Shown here one piece after another: positions 9,806 through 19,923 of a stretch of DNA of 64,000 nucleotides (the first letter of the stretch is position 1; every line of letters starts with the position of its first letter). The notes under the pieces were generated by a model. The model was not told the DNA's origin. It searched no databases and saw nothing but the letters and a program-made list of their open reading frames with translations. This DNA comes from Alphaproteobacteria bacterium. Its GTDB lineage: Bacteria > Pseudomonadota > Alphaproteobacteria > SP197. The stretch lies in contig OZ245842.1 in NCBI GenBank assembly GCA_965228895.1, forward strand, positions 4,160,001 to 4,224,000, read 5' to 3'. A program made the position numbers and the translations under genes.

Positions 9806-11346
9806 GACCGGCCTCCCCCGGCAAAGACATCGCTTGGCGTTGTCACGGTCTTCTTCCGTTTGGTGCCGAACAGATCGAAATCCGTCGCGCCGCCGGAACA
9901 ACCGTTGCCGAACGAGAAACCGCAGGAGCCGCGCTCGTCATAGGCGTCTTCGCTGATCTCACGGTGGCTTGACGGGATGACAAAGCGGTCCTCGTAGTTG
10001 GCGATCGCCATGACGTGATACATCTCGTCGATCTGCTGGCCGGTCAGCCCGACCTGCCCGGCAATCGCATTGTCGGTGACGCCGTCGATGGTCTTCGAAC
10101 GCATGTAGCCGCGCATGGCGAGCATACGCTCCAGCGCTTGGATCACCGGCGCTTCCTTGCCGGCGGTCAGCAGATTGGCCAGGTATTTCACCGGGATACG
10201 CAGCGAGCGGACGTCGGGCATCGCGCCGTCGACACCGATCATGCCGGATTCCGCCGCCGACTGAATCGGCGAAAGCGGCGGCACGTACCAGACCATGGGA
10301 AGCGTGCGGTACTCGGGATGCAGCGGAAGGGCGACCTTCCAATCCATCGCCATTTTCCAGACCGGCGAGTGTTTCGCCGCTTCGAGCCAGGCATCCGGCA
10401 CGCCGTCCTTCTTCGCCTGCGCGATGACCTCGGGGTCGTTGGGGTCCAGGAAGACCGAGAGCTGGGCTTCGTAGAGATCTTCCTCGTCGGCGGTCGACGC
10501 CGCTTCTTCGATGCGGTCGGCGTCATAGAGCACGACGCCCAGATAACGGATGCGCCCGACACAGGTCTCCGAACACACCGTCGGCTGGCCCGCTTCGATA
10601 CGCGGGTAACAGAAGATGCATTTCTCCGATTTGCCGGTCGACCAGTTGTAATAGATCTTCTTATAGGGACAGCCGGAGACGCACATGCGCCAGCCCCGGC
10701 ACTTCTCCTGATCGATCAGGACAATGCCGTCCTCCTCGCGCTTGTAGATCGCACCGGACGGACAGGCCGCCACACAGGTCGGGTTCAGGCAGTGCTCGCA
10801 GAGCCTGGGCAGGTACATCATGAAGGTGTTTTCGAACTCGCCGTAGATCTCCTTTTCGACGTCTTCGAAGTTGTAGTCCTTCGACCGCTTCTCGAACTCG
10901 CCGCCCAGGATCTCCTCCCAGTTCGGCCCGCCTTCGATCTTTTCCATCTGCAGGCCGGTGATCAGCGAACGCGGCCTTGCCGTCGGCGAAGCCTCCAGCT
11001 CCGGCGCCGTCTGCAGGTGCTCGTAATCGAAGGTGAAGGGTTCGTAGTAGTCGTCGATTTCCGGCAGGTCCGGGTTGGCGAAGATCTTGGCCAGGATGAA
11101 GGGTTTGGACCCCATCTTCGGCTCGACCTTGCCGTTGCGCTTGCGCTTCCAGCCGCCGTTCCACCGGTCCTGGTTCTCCCATTCGTTGGGATAGCCGGTG
11201 CCGGGTTTGGTCTCGACGTTGTTGAACCACGCGTATTCCATGCCCTCGCGGTTGGTCCACACGTTCTTGCAGGTGACCGAACAGGTGTGACAGCCGATGC
11301 ATTTGTCGAGGTTCAGCACCTTGCCGATTTGTGCGCGGATTTTCAT
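9802..11346 (-). CDS. narH: Respiratory nitrate reductase beta subunit
   Basis: MKIRAQIGKVLNLDKCIGCHTCSVTCKNVW and four Fe-S Cys clusters. Confidence 0.98.
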   Translation of the reverse strand: MKIRAQIGKVLNLDKCIGCHTCSVTCKNVWTNREGMEYAWFNNVETKPGTGYPNEWENQDRWNGGWKRKRNGKVEPKMGSKPFILAKIFANPDLPEIDDYYEPFTFDYEHLQTAPELEASPTARPRSLITGLQMEKIEGGPNWEEILGGEFEKRSKDYNFEDVEKEIYGEFENTFMMYLPRLCEHCLNPTCVAACPSGAIYKREEDGIVLIDQEKCRGWRMCVSGCPYKKIYYNWSTGKSEKCIFCYPRIEAGQPTVCSETCVGRIRYLGVVLYDADRIEEAASTADEEDLYEAQLSVFLDPNDPEVIAQAKKDGVPDAWLEAAKHSPVWKMAMDWKVALPLHPEYRTLPMVWYVPPLSPIQSAAESGMIGVDGAMPDVRSLRIPVKYLANLLTAGKEAPVIQALERMLAMRGYMRSKTIDGVTDNAIAGQVGLTGQQIDEMYHVMAIANYEDRFVIPSSHREISEDAYDERGSCGFSFGNGCSGGATDFDLFGTKRKKTVTTPSDVFAGGGRS

Positions 11347-14300
11347 TCGGCTGCCTCCGTCGTCATAAGGGGTTGCGCGTCGCGGGCCGGTTTGTCGAGC
11401 CAGTCGACCTTTTGCATCTTGCGCACGATGACAAACTCGTCGCGGTTCGAACCCACGGTGCCGTAATAGTTGAAGCCATACGCCTGTTGCGCGTAGCCGC
11501 CGATCATGTGAGTCGGCTTGACGATGGCGCGGGTGACGGAGTTATGGATACCGCCCCGTTGACCGGTGGTCTCCGCGCCCGGCACGTTCACGATCTTCTC
11601 TTGCGCGTGATACATGTAGATCGTGCCTTCTTTGATGCGCTGCGACACGACCGCGCGGGCCACCAGCGCACCGTTGGCGTTGTAGGCTTCGACCCAGTCG
11701 TTATCGACGATGCCGGCCTTTTCGGCGTCGACCTCCGAGATCCAGACGATCGGCCCGCCGCGCGACAGCGTCAGCATCAGAAGGTTGTCGGTATAGGTCG
11801 AGTGAATGCCCCACTTCTGGTGCGGCGTGATGAAGTTCAGGATGACCTGCTTGCCGCCGTTCGATTTGGACTCAATCACCGGGCCGATCGACTTGGTGTC
11901 GATGGGCGGGCGGTAGAGACAAAGCGCCTCGCCGAACGCGCGCATCCACAGATGATCCTGGTAGAGTTGCTGACGTCCCGTCAGCGTGCGCCAGGGGATC
12001 AACTCGTGGACGTTCGTGTAGCCCGCGTTGTAGCAGACCTTCTCGGATTCCAGGCCCGACCAGGTCGGCGACGAAATGATCTTGCGCGGCTGCGCCACGA
12101 CATCGTGGAAGCGGATCTTTTCGTCTTCTTTGTGCACCGCCAGGTGCCGGTGCTCGCGCCCGGTGTTCTTCGACAGCGAGTCCCAGGCCTTGACCGCGAC
12201 CTCACCGTTGGTCTCCGGCGCCAGCATCAAGATGACCTCCGACGCATCGATGTCGGTCTCGATACGGGCCATGCCTCTGGTCGGCCCGTCCTCGGTCACC
12301 TCACCGTTCAACTTCTTGAGGTTCTCGACCTCATGGTCGGTGTTCCAGGTGATGCCCTTGCCGCCATTGCCCGCTTTTTCCATCAGTGGACCGAGCGCGG
12401 TGAAGCGTTTGTAGAGGTTGGGATAGTCACGCTCGACGACAGCGATCTGCGGCATGGTCTTGCCGGGAATGGCGTCCGTCTCGCCCTTCTTCCAATCCTT
12501 GACGTCGAGTGCCTGAGCAATCTCGGCCGGCGTATCGTGCAGGATCGGCACGAGAACGACGTCTTTCTCGACACCCAGCACCTCGGGCGCGACATCGGAG
12601 AAGGACTTGGCGATACCCTTGTAAATCTCCCAATCCGAACGCGCTTCCCAGGCCGGATCCGCTGCGCTGGTCAGCGGATGGATGAAGGGATGCATGTCCG
12701 ACGTGTTGAGATCGTTCTTTTCGTACCAGGTCGCGGTCGGCAACACGATGTCGGAATAGAGACAGGTCGTCGACATACGGAAGTCGAGCGTGACCAAGAG
12801 ATCGAGCTTGCCTTCGGGCGCGTCATCGTGCCACGCGACCTCCCCCGGTTTCTGACCGCCGTCCTCGCCCAGATCCTTGCCTTGCACACCGTGGCTGGTG
12901 CCAAGCAGGTGTTTGAGGAAGTACTCGTGTCCCTTGCCCGACGAACCCAACAGGTTCGAACGCCAGACAAACAGATTGCGCGGCCAGTTGGCCGGGTCAT
13001 CCGGGTCCTCGCATGACATCTTGAGGCCACCGGTCTTCAGGCCTTCGGTCACGTATTCCTTGGCCTCGACACCGGCCTCGGTGAAGGCACGCCCGACCTC
13101 CAGCGGGTTGGTCTGGAGCTGCGGTGCGGATGGCAGCCAGCCCATGCGTTCGGCGCGCACGTTATAGTCGATCAGCGAACCGTCCCACGGTCCCGCGGGC
13201 GCGGTCGGCGAGATGATCTCATCGATCGACAACGTCTCGTAACGCCACTGATCGGTATGGGCATACCAGAACGAGGTCGAGTTCATGTGGCGCGGCGGCC
13301 GTCCCCAATCCAGGGCAAACGCCAGGGGCAGCCAGCCAGTCTGGGGTCTAAGCTTTTCCTGCCCAACATAATGCGACCAGCCGCCGCCCGACTGCCCGAC
13401 GCAGCCGCACATGACCAGGAGATTGATGATCCCCCGGTAATTCATGTCCATGTGGTACCAGTGGTTCAGACCGGCGCCCAAGATCACCATCGACTTGCCG
13501 CGCGTCTTCTCCGCGTTGGCGGCGAACTCGCGCGCGACGGTGATGATGTGGCTGGCCGGCACGCCGGTGATGGTCTCGGCCCAGGCCGGCGTATAGGGCA
13601 CGTTCTCGTCGAAGCTTGATGCCACATGGTCGCCGCCCAGACCGCGGTCGAGACCGTAGTTGGCGACGAACAGGTCGAAGACGGTCGCGACAAGCGCCTC
13701 GCCATCGGCCAGCTTGACGGTCTTCGCCGGCACGCGACGCACCAGGATGTCGGGATGGTCGGTGCCTTCGAAGTGATCGTGCTGACGGTTGCCGAAATAG
13801 GGGAACGCGACCTCGGCGATTTCGTCGTGCACGTCGTCCAGGATGAAGCTCATCTCGAGTTCGACATCGCGGCCCCGGCCGTCCTTGGCCTCCAGGTTCC
13901 ACTTGCCTTCGTCGCCCCACCGGTGGCCGACGGAGCCGAGCGGCGCCACGACCTCGCCCGACAGGCGGTCGACGGCGACGGTCTTCCATTCGGGGTTGTT
14001 GCTCTCGCCCAGGCCGTCGGCAAAGTCGGAGGCGCGGACCAGACGCTCGGGCACCAGGTGCCCATCCTTTTCGACCAGACGCACCAGCATCGGCATGTCG
14101 GTATAGCGACGGCCGTAGTCCTCGAAGTACTCGGCTTGGCGATCCAGATGGAACTCGCGCAGGATGACGTGGCCCATGGCCATGGCGAGCGCGGAGTCCG
14201 TGCCCTGCTTGGGATGCAGCCAGAGGTCGGAGAACTTGGCGGCTTCGCTGTAGTCGGGCGAAACGACGACCGACTTGGCGCCCTTGTAGCGAACTTCCGT

Positions 14301-15104
14301 GTAGAAATGGGCATCGGGCGTGCGCGTCTGCGGCACGTTCGAACCCCACAGGATCAGGAAACCGGAGTTGTACCAGTCGGCGGATTCCGGCACGTCCGTC
14401 TGCTCGCCCCAGGTTTGCGGCGAGGCCGGCGGCAGGTCGCAGTACCAGTCGTAGAACGACATGCAGACGCCGCCCAGAAGCGACAGGTAACGCGAGCCCG
14501 CCGCATAGGAAACCATGGACATGGCGGGGATCGGCGAAAAGCCGATGACCCGGTCGGGACCATAGGTCTTCGCCGTATAGGCATTGGCCGAGGCGATGAT
14601 CTCGTTGATCTCGTCCCAGCCGGCACGGACAAAACCGCCCAGGCCGCGCTTTTTGACGTACGACGCGCGCGTCTCCGGCGTCTCGACGACCGACGCCCAA
14701 GCGGCGACCGGTGTCATGGTTGCGCGTGCCGCCCGCCACGCCTTTAGGAGCCGCGAGCGGATCAACGGATGCTTCAGCCGATTGCCGGAGTACATGTACC
14801 AGCTGTAGCTGGCGCCGCGCGAACAGCCACGCGGTTCGTGGTTCGGCAGATCAGGCCGGGTACGCGGATAGTCGGTGTGCTGGGTCTCCCAGGTGACGAT
14901 CCCGCCCTTGACATAGATCTTCCAGGAACACGAACCCGTGCAGTTGGCGCCGTGGGTCGACCGCACGACCTTGTCGTGCTGCCACCGCTTGCGGTAGCCG
15001 TCTTCCCACCCCCGATCTTCCGATGTCACGACACCATGGCCGCCGGCGAATTCGCCGATGTTCTTGGTCCGGAAGAAGTTGAGCCGATCAAGCAGCTGGC
15101 TCAT
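11343..15104 (-). CDS. narG: Respiratory nitrate reductase alpha subunit
   Basis: True start MSQLLDRL at 15104, overlapping the narK stop. HGANCTGSCSW, HEPRGCSRGAS and YDWYCDLPP motifs. Confidence 0.98.
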   Translation of the reverse strand: MSQLLDRLNFFRTKNIGEFAGGHGVVTSEDRGWEDGYRKRWQHDKVVRSTHGANCTGSCSWKIYVKGGIVTWETQHTDYPRTRPDLPNHEPRGCSRGASYSWYMYSGNRLKHPLIRSRLLKAWRAARATMTPVAAWASVVETPETRASYVKKRGLGGFVRAGWDEINEIIASANAYTAKTYGPDRVIGFSPIPAMSMVSYAAGSRYLSLLGGVCMSFYDWYCDLPPASPQTWGEQTDVPESADWYNSGFLILWGSNVPQTRTPDAHFYTEVRYKGAKSVVVSPDYSEAAKFSDLWLHPKQGTDSALAMAMGHVILREFHLDRQAEYFEDYGRRYTDMPMLVRLVEKDGHLVPERLVRASDFADGLGESNNPEWKTVAVDRLSGEVVAPLGSVGHRWGDEGKWNLEAKDGRGRDVELEMSFILDDVHDEIAEVAFPYFGNRQHDHFEGTDHPDILVRRVPAKTVKLADGEALVATVFDLFVANYGLDRGLGGDHVASSFDENVPYTPAWAETITGVPASHIITVAREFAANAEKTRGKSMVILGAGLNHWYHMDMNYRGIINLLVMCGCVGQSGGGWSHYVGQEKLRPQTGWLPLAFALDWGRPPRHMNSTSFWYAHTDQWRYETLSIDEIISPTAPAGPWDGSLIDYNVRAERMGWLPSAPQLQTNPLEVGRAFTEAGVEAKEYVTEGLKTGGLKMSCEDPDDPANWPRNLFVWRSNLLGSSGKGHEYFLKHLLGTSHGVQGKDLGEDGGQKPGEVAWHDDAPEGKLDLLVTLDFRMSTTCLYSDIVLPTATWYEKNDLNTSDMHPFIHPLTSAADPAWEARSDWEIYKGIAKSFSDVAPEVLGVEKDVVLVPILHDTPAEIAQALDVKDWKKGETDAIPGKTMPQIAVVERDYPNLYKRFTALGPLMEKAGNGGKGITWNTDHEVENLKKLNGEVTEDGPTRGMARIETDIDASEVILMLAPETNGEVAVKAWDSLSKNTGREHRHLAVHKEDEKIRFHDVVAQPRKIISSPTWSGLESEKVCYNAGYTNVHELIPWRTLTGRQQLYQDHLWMRAFGEALCLYRPPIDTKSIGPVIESKSNGGKQVILNFITPHQKWGIHSTYTDNLLMLTLSRGGPIVWISEVDAEKAGIVDNDWVEAYNANGALVARAVVSQRIKEGTIYMYHAQEKIVNVPGAETTGQRGGIHNSVTRAIVKPTHMIGGYAQQAYGFNYYGTVGSNRDEFVIVRKMQKVDWLDKPARDAQPLMTTEAAE

Positions 15105-17863
15105 GCCGCGCCTCCTTTCTGCGCGGCCGCCGTACCGGCCGCATCCGCCGTTGTCCGTCCGCGTTCGATGTCGTGGAGCACACCGCCACGGCGGGTGTAG
15201 ACCCACCAGGTCGTCAACGCGCAGGTGACGTAGAAGATCATGAAACCCCACAGCGCCGCTGACGGACCGCCGGTCAGCACGATCGACGTGCCGTAGGATT
15301 TCGGGATCGCGAAGGCGCCATAGGCGGCAATAGCAGACGTGAAGCCGATGATGGCCGCCGACTCCTTGCCGCTCTGCAAAACTTGCTCATTCGGCGTGAG
15401 TCCCGGCATCAAGCGACCGATTTCGCTTCGCATGATCACCGGGATCATCTGGAAGGTCGACGCGTTGCCGATACCCGTCGCAAAGAACAGGATCATGAAC
15501 ATCGCGAAGAAGCCCCAGAACGCGCCCGGCTGGTCCTTGATCGACAGGAAGTAGAGCACGCCGCCGACGGCCGCGATCATCAAGACGAAGGTCCAGAAGG
15601 TCACGCGTCCACCGCCGAAGCGATCGGAGACCCAACCGGTCGCGGCCCGTGACAACGCGCCGATCAGGGGGCCTAAAAACACATACTGCAACGAGTTGAC
15701 GTCCGGGAACTGGGTCTTGGCCAGAAGCGGGAAACCCGCCGAGAAGCCGATAAACGAACCGAAGGTTCCGGTATAGAGCCAGCACATGATCCAGTTGTGC
15801 TTGCGGCTGAAGATGATCGACTGCTCCTTAAACGACGCTTTCGCAGACGAGAGGTCGTTCATGCCGAACCATGCGGCAGCCGTGGAGATAATCAGGAACG
15901 GCACCCAGATGAAGCCGGCGTTCTGCATCCAAAGCTTCGTGCCTTCACTGGTTTCCTGAGGTTCGCCACCCATGAAGCCGAACACGCCGGCGGTGATGAC
16001 AAGCGGTGTCACGAACTGCATGACACTGACGCCTGCGTTGCCCAGGCCGGCATTGACCGCCAGTGCTTGGCCCTTCTCCTTCTTCGGGAAGAAGAAGCTG
16101 ATATTGGCCATGGACGAGGCGAAGTTGCCGCCGCCCAGACCGCTCAGCAGCGCCAGAACCAGGAAGATCAGATAGGGCGTGTCGGGATTCTGCACCGCAT
16201 AGCCGATGCCGAAGGCGGGCAGCAGCAACGATGCCGTGGTCATGGTTGTCCATAACCTGCCGCCGAAGATCGGCACCATGAACGAATAGAAGATACGCAG
16301 CGTGGCGCCGGACAAGCCCGGCAGGGCCGCCAGCCAGAAAAGCTCATCGGTCGTGTAGTCGAACCCGATCGATGGCAGCTTCGCGACGACGACACTCCAG
16401 ACCAGCCAGACCGAGAACGCCAGCAACAGACAGGGCACCGAAATCCAAAGGTTCCGGCTGGCGATCTTGCGCCCCTTCTCTTCCCAGAACTGCTCGTCGT
16501 CGGGACGCCAATCGTCGATCGAATGGCTCTTCTTGATGACCTCGGCCTGTTCCTTGCCATGGATCGGCTGCATCTCCGGCAGCTCGGGCAGCGCGCCGAG
16601 CTCTTCCTTGAGCGCGGCCTGCTCCATGCGCCTGACGGCGAAGTGCATCCACACCAACGCAACGGCGACGATGCCGAAGAGCAGCATGAAGCTGCTTGTC
16701 CAGACACCCGTCAGGTCATTCATGACGCCGAAGGAGATCGGCAGCACGAAACCGCCCAAACCGCCGATCATGCCGACCAGACCGCCGACCGCGCCGACAT
16801 GGGTCGGGTAATAGACGGGGATGTGTTTGTAGACCGCGGCCTTGCCGAGCGACATGAAGAAACCAAGGATGAAGATCAGCACAACAAAGGGGACCAAGCC
16901 CATGCTGGTGGTGAAAATGATCGGACCTTCAATGCCCTGAATGATGTACTGGGTGTTGGGATAGGACAGCATGAACGTGCATATCGCCGACACGCCGAAG
17001 GTCCAGTACATGACCTTGCGCGCGCCATAACGGTCGGAGAGGTAACCGCCATAGGCGCGGAACAGGCTGGCCGGCACCGCATAGAACGCGGCCAGGATAC
17101 CGGCCGTCTCGATGCTGAGCCCGTAGACGCCAATCAGATAGCGCGGCAGCCACAGGGCCAGCGCGACGAATGCGCCGAAGACAAAGAAATAGTAGAGCGA
17201 GAAACGCCACACCTGAATGTTGCGCAGCGGCGCGAGCTCCATCAGCGTGCTGCGCGCCTTTTCGCCGCGGGCACGGCGTGCGACCGTGGCCGGATCGTCT
17301 TTGGTCAGCAGATAGAAACCGATGGCGACGATCAGCAGAACGACCGCATAGATCTGCGCCGTCTGTGCCCAGCCGAACGCCACCAGCAGGAACGGCGCGC
17401 CGAAGTTGGTCACGGCAGCACCGACGTTACCGACACCGAAGATGCCGAGCGCGGTGCCCTGCTTCTCACGCGGATACCAGCGCGAGATGTAGGCGATACC
17501 GACGGCAAACGAACCGCCGGCCAAGCCGACGCCCAATGCGGCGACCAGGAACATGACATAGGTCTCGACGGTCGAAAGCAGATAGGTCGCGATCGCCGCG
17601 AAGATCATGACCAGCGTGTAGACCAGGCGACCGCCATACTGGTCGGTCCAGATGCCCAGGAAGATTCGGCTGACGGAGCCGGTAAGGATCGGTGTGGCCA
17701 CCAGCAAGCCAAATTCCGTATCGCTGAGGCCAAGATCGGCTTTGATCTTGACGCCGATGATCGAAAAAATCGTCCACGCTGCGAAACATACGGCGAAAGC
17801 GAATGTGCTTAAGCCGAGGACGTTGGTTTGCTGGCTCTTCGTAACACCGTCCAGATGGTCCAT
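15101..17863 (-). CDS. narK: Fused NarK1-NarK2 nitrate/nitrite transporter (two MFS domains)
   Basis: About 920 aa with two NNP-family MFS halves (GLAGGSF...GVGNVG and GGGNFASSM...GLGNAG). Start placed at ATG 17863 behind a GGGGGAG RBS. Confidence 0.92.
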   Translation of the reverse strand: MDHLDGVTKSQQTNVLGLSTFAFAVCFAAWTIFSIIGVKIKADLGLSDTEFGLLVATPILTGSVSRIFLGIWTDQYGGRLVYTLVMIFAAIATYLLSTVETYVMFLVAALGVGLAGGSFAVGIAYISRWYPREKQGTALGIFGVGNVGAAVTNFGAPFLLVAFGWAQTAQIYAVVLLIVAIGFYLLTKDDPATVARRARGEKARSTLMELAPLRNIQVWRFSLYYFFVFGAFVALALWLPRYLIGVYGLSIETAGILAAFYAVPASLFRAYGGYLSDRYGARKVMYWTFGVSAICTFMLSYPNTQYIIQGIEGPIIFTTSMGLVPFVVLIFILGFFMSLGKAAVYKHIPVYYPTHVGAVGGLVGMIGGLGGFVLPISFGVMNDLTGVWTSSFMLLFGIVAVALVWMHFAVRRMEQAALKEELGALPELPEMQPIHGKEQAEVIKKSHSIDDWRPDDEQFWEEKGRKIASRNLWISVPCLLLAFSVWLVWSVVVAKLPSIGFDYTTDELFWLAALPGLSGATLRIFYSFMVPIFGGRLWTTMTTASLLLPAFGIGYAVQNPDTPYLIFLVLALLSGLGGGNFASSMANISFFFPKKEKGQALAVNAGLGNAGVSVMQFVTPLVITAGVFGFMGGEPQETSEGTKLWMQNAGFIWVPFLIISTAAAWFGMNDLSSAKASFKEQSIIFSRKHNWIMCWLYTGTFGSFIGFSAGFPLLAKTQFPDVNSLQYVFLGPLIGALSRAATGWVSDRFGGGRVTFWTFVLMIAAVGGVLYFLSIKDQPGAFWGFFAMFMILFFATGIGNASTFQMIPVIMRSEIGRLMPGLTPNEQVLQSGKESAAIIGFTSAIAAYGAFAIPKSYGTSIVLTGGPSAALWGFMIFYVTCALTTWWVYTRRGGVLHDIERGRTTADAAGTAAAQKGGAA

Positions 17864-17951
17864 GACCGATCTCCCCCTACTCACATGCGTGACGTCGACG
17901 ACTCAGGCTGACGTCACAGGAGAACCATCGGCGCGTGCGGGACACCCCCAC

Positions 17952-17965
17952 TTGACCCAGATCAA
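17952..17965. promoter_or_regulatory. FNR-type box upstream of narK
   Basis: TTGAC-CCAG-ATCAA, one mismatch to TTGAT-N4-ATCAA, about 90 bp upstream of the narK start. Confidence 0.8.
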
Positions 17966-18067
17966 TGGTGCGGGAACGGGATGCTGAAATAAGGCTGGGC
18001 GGCACGAACTTCGTTCCAGCACTTGATCGACACAGGGGCGCCACGGTCGGATGGCCGGTCAAGCATC

Positions 18068-18081
18068 TTGATTGTGATCAA
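18068..18081. promoter_or_regulatory. FNR-type box (perfect)
   Basis: TTGAT-TGTG-ATCAA. Confidence 0.85.
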
Positions 18082-18089
18082 CGGTTGGC

Positions 18090-18103
18090 TTGATAATCAT
18101 CAA
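18090..18103. promoter_or_regulatory. FNR-type box (perfect), just upstream of the narR RBS
   Basis: TTGAT-AATC-ATCAA, ending 21 nt before ATG 18125. Confidence 0.85.
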
Positions 18104-18124
18104 GAGGCATTTGGGGGAGGCACG

Positions 18125-18835
18125 ATGCGCTCTGAGGACCTGCCGGTCATCGGTCAGTTGCCGTTGTTCGCCGACATGGCGGAAGCCCATTTCGCCGAAC
18201 TCATGCGCGCGGCCTATCTGCAGACGTTTCCACCACAGGTCGATCTGATCAGCGAAGGCGACCGTGCGGACTTTCTCTATGTCGTCGTCGAAGGTTGCGT
18301 TGAACTCTACGCCCGGTCGAACGGGCGCGAGGCGACCATGTCGCTGGTCCGTCCCGTCTCCACCTTCATTCTGGCGGCCGTTCTGAAGGACGTCCGGTAT
18401 CTGATGTCGGCGCGCACGACGGAGAAATCGCGTATCCTCTTGATCCCCTCCGAAGACATCCGGCAGGCGTTTCGCCAGGACGATGCCTTTGCCCGCGCCA
18501 TCGTCGTCGAGCTGGCATCGCGTTATCGCGCCGTCGTGCGCGACCACAAGAACCAGAAGCTGCGCACCGGTGTTGAGCGCCTGGCAAACCGCTTGCTGGT
18601 GTTTGAACGGGAACAGGGCGGCAAGGGCCGCCTTACCCTGCCCTATGACAAACGAACCTTGGCGTCGCTGCTGGGCATGACGCCGGAAAATCTGTCGCGC
18701 GCCTTCAATACGTTGAAACCTTATGGCGTCGAGGTCAGCGGGTCAGAGATTACGCTGGCCAATGCCGGCGATCTGAAGGGCCTCGCCAAACCCAACGAAC
18801 TCATCGATGGCGACGCGGACGGGCCAATCGGCTGA
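18125..18835 (+). CDS. narR: Crp/Fnr family regulator, NarR-like
   Basis: Start at ATG 18125 behind GGGGGAGG. cNMP-like domain plus HTH LASLLGMTPENLSRAF. No FNR Cys cluster. Divergent from narK, as in Paracoccus. Confidence 0.8.
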   Translation: MRSEDLPVIGQLPLFADMAEAHFAELMRAAYLQTFPPQVDLISEGDRADFLYVVVEGCVELYARSNGREATMSLVRPVSTFILAAVLKDVRYLMSARTTEKSRILLIPSEDIRQAFRQDDAFARAIVVELASRYRAVVRDHKNQKLRTGVERLANRLLVFEREQGGKGRLTLPYDKRTLASLLGMTPENLSRAFNTLKPYGVEVSGSEITLANAGDLKGLAKPNELIDGDADGPIG

Positions 18836-18862
18836 AGCCCGCGTCAATCACGCAACCTAACC

Positions 18863-19885
18863 TCAGAAACCGGGGTCCAGGGGCACACCGACAACCAACA
18901 GGTAGTCGCCATGGGTGGTCAGGCCGGTCGTGCGCCGGGCGATGACCACGCCACCATCCCCGATGCTGTGCTCGATCGGCATTCTGTCGGGACGATGGAT
19001 CGCATGCATTTGTCCGATGACCTGACCGGACGCGACCTCATCGTCCAGATCGACAAAGGGCTCGAAGATCCCGTGATCCTCGGCCAGCACAAAACCGCCG
19101 GCCGGCACACCCAGAATTTTGGTCGCGGTATCGCCGGTCTCGACCTCTCCTTCGGCGAGGCCGTAGTGAATCAGAATGTTTCGGACACCACGCGCGGTGA
19201 TCGCCACCGACTGGGGCGTCACGGCGCCGGAGCCTCCCAGCTCGACCGCGATGAACGGTTTGTCGAGATCCTCGACTGCCGTATCGAGCATGCCGTCGCG
19301 GTCCGGCTCCGTGTCGAATACGACACCATAGGGCACCGCGAACGCCTTCATGAGATCCAACGTCGCAGACGATGTCGCCACGTTGGGATAGCGGTGCATC
19401 ATGGCGTAGGGCACGCACGAGAGGTTCCGGCCGCCGGCATGCAGGTCGACGACGGCATCGGCGCGATGCACCAGTTCGTCATAGACGTAGGACGCGATCT
19501 TCTCGGTCACCGTGCCGCGCCGGCCGCCGGGAAAGATCCGGTTCATGTTCTTGTCATCAATTGGCGAACAGCGGCTGTTGTTGAGCACCGCCGGCAAGTT
19601 CAGCGCCGGCACGATGATGATGTGGCCGGCGATCCGGTTGGGCTCCAACTCGTGGGCCATGTTGCGCAATGCTATCTGGCCTTCGAACTCGTCACCGTGA
19701 TTGCCGGCAGTGAACAGCAGACATGGCCCCTCACCGTTCTTGATCGAGATGACGGGCACCAACAGATCACCCAAGCCGGCCTCGTCACGCGAATGGGGAA
19801 TCCGAATGTGGCCGAACTGTTTGCCGTCGGCATCCAGGTCGATGGTCGCGGCGAACAGTGACGGATTGGGCACCGGATTGGTCAT
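18863..19885 (-). CDS. eutE: Succinylglutamate desuccinylase/aspartoacylase family; EutE/DoeB-like N-acetyl-diaminobutyrate deacetylase
   Basis: GNHGDEFEG, NMNRIFPG, DLHAGG and VELGG motifs. Downstream of the eutD-like gene. GGAGG RBS before ATG 19885. Confidence 0.7.
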   Translation of the reverse strand: MTNPVPNPSLFAATIDLDADGKQFGHIRIPHSRDEAGLGDLLVPVISIKNGEGPCLLFTAGNHGDEFEGQIALRNMAHELEPNRIAGHIIIVPALNLPAVLNNSRCSPIDDKNMNRIFPGGRRGTVTEKIASYVYDELVHRADAVVDLHAGGRNLSCVPYAMMHRYPNVATSSATLDLMKAFAVPYGVVFDTEPDRDGMLDTAVEDLDKPFIAVELGGSGAVTPQSVAITARGVRNILIHYGLAEGEVETGDTATKILGVPAGGFVLAEDHGIFEPFVDLDDEVASGQVIGQMHAIHRPDRMPIEHSIGDGGVVIARRTTGLTTHGDYLLVVGVPLDPGF

Positions 19886-19923
19886 GGCTATCGAGCCTCC
19901 CTTTTCGATCGCGCTGGATCGCC

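Noticed and set aside
248-17812. Long antisense or alternate-frame ORFs (e.g. 248-1645, 10015-11466, 11331-13016, 13348-14739, 16523-17812)
   Set aside because: Shadows of well-conserved high-GC genes, with no motifs of their own. The same applies to 21135-22646, 43558-44958 and similar ORFs later in the window.
9806-18124. Extended ORF-track starts for narJ (9901), narG (15251) and narR (18023)
   Set aside because: They overlap neighbouring genes or FNR boxes. Downstream ATGs have an RBS, coupling overlaps and family-typical N-termini.
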